Shown: one piece after another, positions 1 through 7,037 of the stretch
How positions within the stretch are numbered: position 1 is the first letter of the stretch
Layout: each line of letters starts with the position of its first letter
DNA from: a virus
Lineage: Duplodnaviria > Caudoviricetes
Reading direction: 5' to 3' (one strand)
DNA: 56,317 nt
IMG/VR virus record: IMGVR_UViG_3300050138_000012
Coordinates: 1 to 56,317 of that record
Made by a program: the position numbers and the translations under genes
The notes under the pieces: model-generated
The model's database searches: none
What the model was told of the DNA's origin: nothing
Seen by the model: the letters and a program-made list of their open reading frames with translations, nothing else

Positions 1-240
1 CTCAGGTCAGCACTACTCAGGTCAGCACTACTCAGGTCAGCACTACTCAGGTTAGCACCACTAAGGTTAGCACTACTCAGGTTAGCACTACTCAGGTCAG
101 CACTACTCAGGTCAGCACTACTCAGGTCAGCACTACTCAGGTTAGCACCACTAAGGTTAGCACTACTCAGGTTAGCACTACTCAGGTTAGCACCACTCAG
201 GTCAGCACCACTCAGGTCAGCACCACGCAGGTTAGCCCTA
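1..240. repeat. 15-bp tandem repeat, ~16 copies (ctcaggtYagcacYa)
   Basis: Directly visible; encodes the pentapeptide repeats on the minus strand. Confidence 0.95.
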
Positions 241-368
241 TTTTTTATCACCCACTTAACCGCTAATCCCAGTTTAATAGAATTTGATTCACTTGGTGAA
301 CATTCAATCTCAGCTGTAAACATTACACGATCAGAGAATCTGTGTCGTACTTCAAACCTTTCAAGCAT
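1..368 (-). CDS. Pentapeptide-repeat protein, 3'-truncated at window edge (absent from ORF track)
   Basis: ATG at 368 after GGAG; reads MLERFEVRHRFSDRVMFTAEIECSPSESNSIKLGLAVKWVIKNRANLRGADLSGADLSGANLSS..., i.e. A(D/N)LSx repeats, with no stop before base 1. Confidence 0.9.
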   Translation of the reverse strand, partial: MLERFEVRHRFSDRVMFTAEIECSPSESNSIKLGLAVKWVIKNRANLRGADLSGADLSGANLSSANLSSANLSGANLSSADLSSADLSSADLSSANLSSANLSGANLSSADLSSADLSSADL

Positions 369-600
369 ACCTATATCTCCCTCTAATCTTCGTTAATACA
401 TTCAGCTCTTCATTGTTAAAAGCGATCTCATCATAATCATCAGACCAGCTATCTAAATGATTAGCATGCTTAGCAGGATATCTAACCACTGGTTTTAAGC
501 CAATCTTATAGCCTGTGAGATAGCCGAAGCCTTTGATAGGTACAGGAGTAGCAGATATTCCTTCCTCTATTCCTAGAGCCTCTAATCGATGCTCAAGCAT
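361..600 (-). CDS. Hypothetical early protein
   Basis: ORF; start moved to ATG 600 overlapping the upstream stop, same junction style as at 361-368. Confidence 0.6.
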   Translation of the reverse strand: MLEHRLEALGIEEGISATPVPIKGFGYLTGYKIGLKPVVRYPAKHANHLDSWSDDYDEIAFNNEELNVLTKIRGRYRYA

Positions 601-988
601 ATGCCCGTCGTTCAAAGGCGCTCTTAATACGCAGCCTCATCAACTTAGTCAGGTGATCTGCCCCTAATTTCATGGCAAGGGACATAGCCGTATTACCAAA
701 ACGATCCTGCATCAAAGCATACTCAACATCAAGATCAAGGATTGCTTCAATGCGCTGAACATGATTGGTTACGACAGCTTCAAGCAATTCAATCACCATC
801 ATTGGCGTTTCAGTTTCAACGATCAGATCGTATGATTTATCCCAGTTTGTTTTCTCATCTTTCTGATGTGAAGCTTTTCTAAACTCATTGAAGTTACGCT
901 TTTCAGCGTTAAACTCGCGGTCATCTTTGTTAAACAGGACGTTCAGAGTATTGATTGCAATAACAGCTTCTTTCGAATGTGCTTTCAT
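593..988 (-). CDS. Ankyrin-repeat-like protein
   Basis: GGAG RBS before ATG 988; C-terminal LLEAV..NHVQRIEAIL and QDRFGNTAMSLAMKLGADHLTKLM resemble the ankyrin D..G.T(P/A)L..A...G consensus. Confidence 0.6.
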   Translation of the reverse strand: MKAHSKEAVIAINTLNVLFNKDDREFNAEKRNFNEFRKASHQKDEKTNWDKSYDLIVETETPMMVIELLEAVVTNHVQRIEAILDLDVEYALMQDRFGNTAMSLAMKLGADHLTKLMRLRIKSAFERRAYA

Positions 989-1213
989 TATAGACTCCAT
1001 GCTAAAGTGTTTAAGAATTCATAAGTTTCTTGTTTAGGCCAAAGGCTCTGCACAAGGATGACTTCCCACGACATGACAGACGTGATAAAACCTAGTCATT
1101 TAGAAACGTATTAGGCTTCGTATGACCGTTTACAATCTTTATTTGGTGCATAAAAGGTTAGGTTTTGGACATGCAAAACTTCCGCACGTTGCAGCGGATT
1201 GGTATGATAGTAA

Positions 1214-1360
1214 TCAGCTCTGATCTTCACCGACAATTTGATTGTGGTGGTAGGCTTGCTTTGAGTCGTATTTCATTAACCAGATAAAGAGTTTCCAAGC
1301 GATAGATGAATCATAATCGTGAGAGATATCAAAGAGATAGCTTCTGATATAGTTAATCAT
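1214..1360 (-). CDS. Small hypothetical protein (48 aa)
   Basis: AAGGA upstream; MINYIRSYLFDISHDYDSSIAWKLFIWLMKY...; below ORF-track cutoff. Confidence 0.4.
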   Translation of the reverse strand: MINYIRSYLFDISHDYDSSIAWKLFIWLMKYDSKQAYHHNQIVGEDQS

Positions 1361-1619
1361 TTGGATTCTGTTCCTTGCGATGACGACTTGCCAGAACTTA
1401 TGTCCAGCTTTGTCAGATTAATTAAACGATTTGGTGGATTTAGATACCACGAATGTGGTGTTTTGATTTAGACATTTTTGATAAAGCCTCAATCCAATTA
1501 CCCATCTATGAGTCTGTAATGGCGCATGCTGAGAGCATACGTATTCACTAGGCAATCCTTAAACTGCAAAGCGTCTCATAGCACATTACTATGCTATTCC
1601 GGCACATAATATTCCCGTA

Positions 1620-1856
1620 TTATGTGTTAGTGCAAGCGTGCTTGCCTTTTATAAACTTATTAATAAAGGTTTGCTTGCTTGGTGCTGCTACTAACGCTGC
1701 AAAGTCAGCGACATCAACATTAGCATATTCGTATGTTGAATTAGTCCGTCTGTAGGTCACAATAAGATTATGTGTAACGATATCATATTCAATACGCTGT
1801 ACATTCTCACTATGAAAATCAACACCATCTTCAATGACTAGATTTAAAGCTTCCAT
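1620..1856 (-). CDS. KTSC domain protein
   Basis: SENVQRIEYD...LIVTY..STYEYANV....FAALVAAPSKQTFINKFIKG matches the KTSC pattern; GGAG RBS. Confidence 0.85.
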   Translation of the reverse strand: MEALNLVIEDGVDFHSENVQRIEYDIVTHNLIVTYRRTNSTYEYANVDVADFAALVAAPSKQTFINKFIKGKHACTNT

Positions 1857-1865
1857 AATAGACTC

Positions 1866-1946
1866 CTATATGAAAACAAACAATGCACATATGAAAACTA
1901 TTGCTAATGTGATAGCAATAACCTGATCTTCTTCTGCGTCTGACAT
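1866..1946 (-). CDS. Small single-pass membrane peptide (26 aa)
   Basis: AAAGGAA RBS; MSDAEEDQVIAITLAIVFICALFVFI; stop abuts RBS of KTSC gene. Confidence 0.55.
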   Translation of the reverse strand: MSDAEEDQVIAITLAIVFICALFVFI

Positions 1947-2104
1947 ATCGTAGTTCCTTTTCTATTCAATCGTTGCCGCCAATTAACACGATGATAGTAG
2001 TGACCTAACAGCCCTATATGGAAAACACCATATAAGTTAACATAATTATACAAAGACATTCACTACACTACGCTTCTTTATGGTAATCGTAGTGGATTAC
2101 ACAT

Positions 2105-2145
2105 AATAAAACCCTAGGTCTGGGATTATCCATAACCTAGGGCTT
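2105..2145 (-). terminator. Rho-independent terminator
   Basis: CCCTAGGT...ACCTAGGG stem followed by TTTTATT on minus strand, just after the 2167 stop. Confidence 0.7.
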
Positions 2146-2166
2146 CGTTATAGCTTAGTGCAGGGA

Positions 2167-2811
2167 CTAGGCAGCGACTGCCTTTTCCGTAACAACGGGC
2201 GTGTTCTTTTTAACTTCCGCTGTAGTCAACGGTTTAAGCACCATAACAATCTCTTGTTCTAGAGCATGGACTCGAGCCATTGTGGCGTCCAGTGTAATCT
2301 TGCCATCTTTGATTGACTTGTCAATAAGCGTAATTGACTTGTCAGCGCGGTCATACAAGCGGTCATACACGGTTGCTTCTGTCTTTTCTTCCGCCATTTC
2401 AAACTTGTAGAAAGGCAAGAGTCTAGCTTTGGCAAGTAATTCAGAGCCGATTTCCTGATCTTCCTGATAATTCTTTTTTACGGAATTCAGGTTAACGTTT
2501 TTGGAAAACTTCTTTGACCCATCGCTAAATGCGGCATTGGAAAATTCCTTTACCCATTTAACAAATGCCGCTTTACGGAAAAGATTTCCGTCTTCATTCA
2601 GAATGTCGTAAAACTCTTGAATTTTGACGGGATTGCCACAATTATGGAAATGGCGCAGGGATTCGAATGAACCTGTTACCATATCGTCGCGTAAAGTGTT
2701 TTTGTTTTCGCGGATACTTTTCAGAATCGTTGTGAGCGCCGTATCGTCAGCCTTCGTCCACCTGTAATTCGCTACAGGTGTTACAGCGGCATTGTTTTGA
2801 GCGTTTGTCAT
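2167..2811 (-). CDS. Hypothetical early protein
   Basis: Long ORF; GGAAGGA RBS favours ATG 2811 (MTNAQ); followed by terminator. Confidence 0.8.
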   Translation of the reverse strand: MTNAQNNAAVTPVANYRWTKADDTALTTILKSIRENKNTLRDDMVTGSFESLRHFHNCGNPVKIQEFYDILNEDGNLFRKAAFVKWVKEFSNAAFSDGSKKFSKNVNLNSVKKNYQEDQEIGSELLAKARLLPFYKFEMAEEKTEATVYDRLYDRADKSITLIDKSIKDGKITLDATMARVHALEQEIVMVLKPLTTAEVKKNTPVVTEKAVAA

Positions 2812-2890
2812 ATTATAGTTTCCTTCCATATCAAAGCATGTTTTAACGCATGGCTTTGTCGTAATACAGGATTATTTTACACGCCCCTGA

Positions 2891-3076
2891 TTAAGCGTGA
2901 TTCTTACGAATAAGGTTAAGCCGTTCTTGACTCGGCTTTTCTAAATGGTCATAACGCATGAACCGATTATTTGCTTTGCCATAACCGGAAAGCTTGCGTG
3001 TTTTTCTGGTTAACTCTGGTTTATGGTTGAATGTTTTCAAGGGCTTAACAATGAAATGTGCAGCCATGTTATGCAA
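2891..3076 (-). CDS. Small basic hypothetical protein
   Basis: ORF overlapping the upstream stop; AGGAG RBS. Confidence 0.55.
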   Translation of the reverse strand: MHNMAAHFIVKPLKTFNHKPELTRKTRKLSGYGKANNRFMRYDHLEKPSQERLNLIRKNHA

Positions 3077-3422
3077 TCTCCTTACTATGGAAAATTGCCA
3101 ATTGTCGTGACCAGCGTTCGGATTCGCCCGTTGCTCTTGTCGCTTGTTTTTGTTTAACAGGTTTATGGAAAGGGCGTTTATTTTCCTTAATAATACGCTT
3201 GGATTTAATCGCCTCGGTTTTCGCCATTGGCTGTAACACCCTATAGCCCTTTGCAGAGCGATTCTGCTTTACACCATTGCGGTCATAGAATTCAACATCC
3301 CATGTTGCCTTGCCAACACCTGCAACACGATTAGGGATTAATGCCATATCTTGTCGCCATTGTTTCGCGTGCTCATTAGCTTTTTGCAATCTTTTGACCG
3401 CTTGCGATAATTCGTTAAGCAT
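3069..3422 (-). CDS. Basic hypothetical early protein
   Basis: ORF in tightly packed minus-strand chain. Confidence 0.65.
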   Translation of the reverse strand: MLNELSQAVKRLQKANEHAKQWRQDMALIPNRVAGVGKATWDVEFYDRNGVKQNRSAKGYRVLQPMAKTEAIKSKRIIKENKRPFHKPVKQKQATRATGESERWSRQLAIFHSKEIA

Positions 3423-3660
3423 GCCTCGCCCCTTCCGGTAAAATGCCTTTTACAACATTATGGATGCGCCGTTTTTGGAAATTGGCATAATCTGATCTAA
3501 GCTTTAGGGATTTTTCGTAAGAAGCTTTAATTTCCGCTTGGCGCTTTTCCATATTGGATACTGCGTTTTTGGCAGCGTAATAAGCTTTCCTCGGTTTAAG
3601 CCTAGCAGACTCAGCTTTACGTGCTTGAATCCGTTCAAGCTTATCATTTATGGTAAACAT
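3415..3660 (-). CDS. Basic hypothetical protein, first gene of early arm
   Basis: GGAG RBS; chain with 8-nt overlaps. Confidence 0.7.
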   Translation of the reverse strand: MFTINDKLERIQARKAESARLKPRKAYYAAKNAVSNMEKRQAEIKASYEKSLKLRSDYANFQKRRIHNVVKGILPEGARHA

Positions 3661-3684
3661 AGTTATTCACTCCATGTTATTTGA

Positions 3685-3892
3685 CATATAGCTCGACTCC
3701 CTAGTGACTAGTAACTTCTTTACCGTGCCAACAAGCGCAATTATTATGGAAATACTTTGCCATATTTCAGACATAGTTTTTCACCGTAGTTGACCTATAT
3801 TTGAATCTCAGTTTCACCCAAGTCCAATAGGACAATTACCATAATGATTCACCCATTGGCACGCCTTGCACCGTAGGGAGTCGGGCTATATG
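3685..3892. ncRNA. Candidate structured RNA leader / fold-back element
   Basis: Nested inverted repeats: 3685-3703 with 3874-3892, 3724-3731 with 3856-3863, 3743-3753 with 3835-3845, inner hairpin 3766-3805. Confidence 0.5.
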
Positions 3893-3924
3893 CCCTAGGA
3901 AAGTCAATCACTGTCCATCTTTCA

Positions 3925-3953
3925 AGCCTACTCCGATTCGGGATAGAAAGCAA
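3925..3953 (-). promoter_or_regulatory. Putative early promoter with YGATTCG motif in the spacer
   Basis: TTGCTT-17 nt-TAGGCT on minus strand pointing into early genes. Confidence 0.45.
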
Positions 3954-4047
3954 CATAAGATATTATCCTATGATATCATGGGGATATAAAGCTTTGCTAA
4001 TCTCATAACGAATCAGGAAAGGCGAATCACTGCCCTGAATAGTATTT

Positions 4048-4473
4048 CCATAATACTGTTTTTGGCTGGCATTATAGCATAGTATCCGATTCGTTTCTAT
4101 TTCAAAGATAGGTAATGGATTGAAAGATTATTAGTTTTCCATAAAGTTTAGAATACTATTTCCATAATAGTTTTGCAAGGGATTAGTCATAATAATTTGA
4201 GTTAACATATTAATAAAAGGTTAACGGCATTTGTCATAATGTTAGTTGTCATAACTCTGGGCGTTAATAAAGGTTAACATACTACTAATGGTATTTACCA
4301 TAACACAATGTCATAAGAGTTAATGTCTTACTTTAAGTCTTATGTGAAAGTAAATTACATTGTCATAATCGTTTGTCATAAGTATTTTCCGTAATAAATA
4401 GCCCGTTGTAGGTCACGCCCATATATATTTCCCATAAGAATTCTGGTACATTTACCATAATCATTTCCCATAA
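4048..4473 (+). repeat. Array of ~14 co-oriented YCATAA motifs (TTTCCATAA / TTGTCATAA)
   Basis: Copies at 4048, 4139, 4162, 4187, 4234, 4249, 4298, 4311, 4363, 4376, (4389 variant), 4432, 4455, 4468. Confidence 0.8.
4210..4225. promoter_or_regulatory. CtrA-box-like site TTAA-N7-TTAAC
   Basis: TTAATAAAAGGTTAAC; near-copy with N6 spacer at 4264-4278; AT-rich context lowers significance. Confidence 0.4.
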
Positions 4474-4772
4474 TGCTGGAATGTTAGGGAAAATAGTCTG
4501 TTAGAATGTTATGGTTAATGTTAGTATTATGTAAATTGATTATGGCAGAAGGTGGGGGGAAAGATTTGGGGGGTGTCTTTGTTAGTATTCACACCCAATA
4601 GAAATTTATAGTATATTTACAAAGGCTTAAGTACCTGAATATATTTTTACATATATTTCCTATATAAACCCCCTATGTTGCCTGTATAATCCCTATATCT
4701 GATATAATATAGTTATGTGTAATGGGTATATTTGTGTTATAATAATATAATAGATGACAATTAGGAGATATT

Positions 4773-5261
4773 ATGGCTAATTTACCAGCCCACATCCAGA
4801 CTATATTCGATAACCTGACCGTATTCCAGAGAACCTACTGCGAATACCGTTCAAAGGGATTGTCTCAAGCTACCTCTTCTGAGAAAGCTGGTTCTAATGG
4901 CAAGGATAAGAATGCTCTTGCCTGTGTCGGGTATGCCATTGAGCAGTTGGATGGTGTAAAGGAGTACATCTCCCATCTCCAGCAGGAGAGAGCTAAGGTA
5001 TTTCCAATTGATGAGCTGGAGATTGTTGCTAAACTCAGAGATGTTTACACTGAGTGTATGCGTAATGAAGATTACAAGGAAGCTAATAAAGCTTTGGAAC
5101 TAATGGGAGCTATAATTGGTCTGTTTGGTAAGAATAAGATTATGGTTAAATCAGATACCAGCTCAGAGGCGTTCAAGGATGAGGGCTTAGAGACCAGTGC
5201 CAGTGAGAGAATGGCTAAGCTTCAGTCTATGATGAAGGATCTAAAGAAGGGTAATGACTAA
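4773..5261 (+). CDS. terS: Terminase small subunit
   Basis: AGGAG RBS; N-terminal LTVFQRTYCEY...QATSSEKAG HTH-like segment, KALELMG motif; directly upstream of terL. Confidence 0.75.
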   Translation: MANLPAHIQTIFDNLTVFQRTYCEYRSKGLSQATSSEKAGSNGKDKNALACVGYAIEQLDGVKEYISHLQQERAKVFPIDELEIVAKLRDVYTECMRNEDYKEANKALELMGAIIGLFGKNKIMVKSDTSSEAFKDEGLETSASERMAKLQSMMKDLKKGND

Positions 5262-5405
5262 GATCAATGGGTTAGCAATATCCGCTAAGTAGTCTAAGAC
5301 ATATTCTAGAACATTACTTAGACAAGTTAATTCCCTAGATCCATCCCCCAAACCCCCTTCATTATAAAGAAAGCCAATTACAAGTATACCACAAACTACA
5401 AGGAC

Positions 5406-6995
5406 ATGCAAATGGTATTCAACATAAAGGACATTGAGAGGCTGGAGAGGGAGCTCCTCGATCAGCTCATTGTCCAGTCAAGGACTTGTTTTTACACATT
5501 TGTTAAGCTGATGGCTCCGACAGTCCTCCCAGAAGACTTCGTAGACGGTCAACACATCGGTATCATCTGCTCCCAGCTACAGGATGTTGTCGAATCAGTA
5601 GAAAACAAAGACCGTCGCCCCAGACGGCTACAGATCATGCTCCCTCCTGGCTCCATGAAATCCAAGATCGCTTCCAATCTATTCCCAGCCTGGTGCCTAG
5701 GTAGAAATCCAAACTGGTGCTTCCTAGCTATTGGGTCAGATCTTGAATTCGCAATAGACAACTTTGGGAGGCCTACAAAGGACCTGATTGATTCCCCCCA
5801 GTACCGGTCCATCTTCCCTAACACAGCGCTTAAAAGGGACGTCCAGGCCTCAGGACGATGGGATACAACTAAGAAGGGTCGATTTGTAGCTAAAGGGGTA
5901 GGTCAGAACATCGCAGGTCGTAGAGCCCACATCTCCATCTGTGACGATGTTATCACTGAGCAGACCAATGATAACGGCAGAGCAGATATCAACAAATGGT
6001 ATCAGAAGGGTCTTAGAACACGCTTACTCCCAAGAGGAGCTGAGATCATCATCAACACTAGGTGGTTTGTCGAAGATCTGTCTGGTTTTATGATCAGGAA
6101 GGATGAGAAGACCTCAAGACCTTGGGATGTTATCCAGATACCAGCTATTCTGCACCAGAAGGCTTCTGACGCCCTCAGAGTTGGTCTTCCTGCATCTGAT
6201 ACCCGATTCGCCGTGGGTACGAGCTTCTGGCCTGAGTTCTGGCCTACTCAACTGCTTCTAGAGAAGAAGGAGACAATGAACCCTGCTGAATGGACCGCAC
6301 TATACCAGCAGGAGCCTATATCAGACGACAGTGGCCTTGTAAAAAGGTCAGACTTCCAAATCTGGGACAAGAAGGAGCCGCCTAAATGTCGCTATGTAAT
6401 AGTTTCAATAGACACAGCCCTCTCTCAAAAGGATGCCGCAAATTTCTCTGCGTATACGGTGTGGGGGGTATTTACCAACCTTGTTCAATCGATGGATACC
6501 CAGATAGCCCAGGATTCAATGATCCTTTTATCCGCAGGAAGAGGCAGATGGGACTTCACCGAGCTTTGTGGCCAGATGCGAGAGATAGACCTAAAATACG
6601 CCCCTGAGTACTTCATTGTGGAAGAGGCATCAGCTGGTCTACTTCTGATCCCTGAAATGCAGAAGCGGGGGATGCCGGTTCTACCTCATAAGCCAAAAGG
6701 GGATAAAACATCAAGACTGCAAGCCTGTACCCCCTATTTCCAAGCGGGTAGGGTGTTTGTACCTTCTGGTAAACAGTGGGCTGAGGATGTAGTTCTGGAA
6801 GTAATCTCATTCCAGCCCAGGTTAAGGAACCAGGTTGACGACTATACCGATACAGTTTCACAGGCTGTTATATGGATGCGAGATAACTATAAGATTGATA
6901 ATGATGGATATTCTAATCATTGGGATGAAGAAATCATGACAGCAAGGCGTAAAACCTACTGGTCCTCGATGATGGAAGGCACCCTCAGAAACTAA
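5406..6995 (+). CDS. terL: Terminase large subunit
   Basis: Walker A-like MLPPGSMKS, GRRAHISICDD Walker B, TRW coupling motif, nuclease SIDTA...DDYTD. Confidence 0.95.
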   Translation: MQMVFNIKDIERLERELLDQLIVQSRTCFYTFVKLMAPTVLPEDFVDGQHIGIICSQLQDVVESVENKDRRPRRLQIMLPPGSMKSKIASNLFPAWCLGRNPNWCFLAIGSDLEFAIDNFGRPTKDLIDSPQYRSIFPNTALKRDVQASGRWDTTKKGRFVAKGVGQNIAGRRAHISICDDVITEQTNDNGRADINKWYQKGLRTRLLPRGAEIIINTRWFVEDLSGFMIRKDEKTSRPWDVIQIPAILHQKASDALRVGLPASDTRFAVGTSFWPEFWPTQLLLEKKETMNPAEWTALYQQEPISDDSGLVKRSDFQIWDKKEPPKCRYVIVSIDTALSQKDAANFSAYTVWGVFTNLVQSMDTQIAQDSMILLSAGRGRWDFTELCGQMREIDLKYAPEYFIVEEASAGLLLIPEMQKRGMPVLPHKPKGDKTSRLQACTPYFQAGRVFVPSGKQWAEDVVLEVISFQPRLRNQVDDYTDTVSQAVIWMRDNYKIDNDGYSNHWDEEIMTARRKTYWSSMMEGTLRN

Positions 6996-7000
6996 ATCCT

Positions 7001-7029
7001 TTGACTTTAACCCCTTAGTATGGTATAAT
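7001..7029 (+). promoter_or_regulatory. sigma70-type promoter for portal
   Basis: TTGACT-17-TATAAT. Confidence 0.8.
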
Positions 7030-7037
7030 GGTTGATC

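Noticed and set aside
1-240. CRISPR array or telomere-like repeat
   Set aside because: Contiguous 15-mers without unique spacers; explained as pentapeptide-repeat coding sequence
4048-4473. Mini-CRISPR array in the control region
   Set aside because: Repeated unit is only 6-9 nt with irregular spacing; no 25-40 nt repeat
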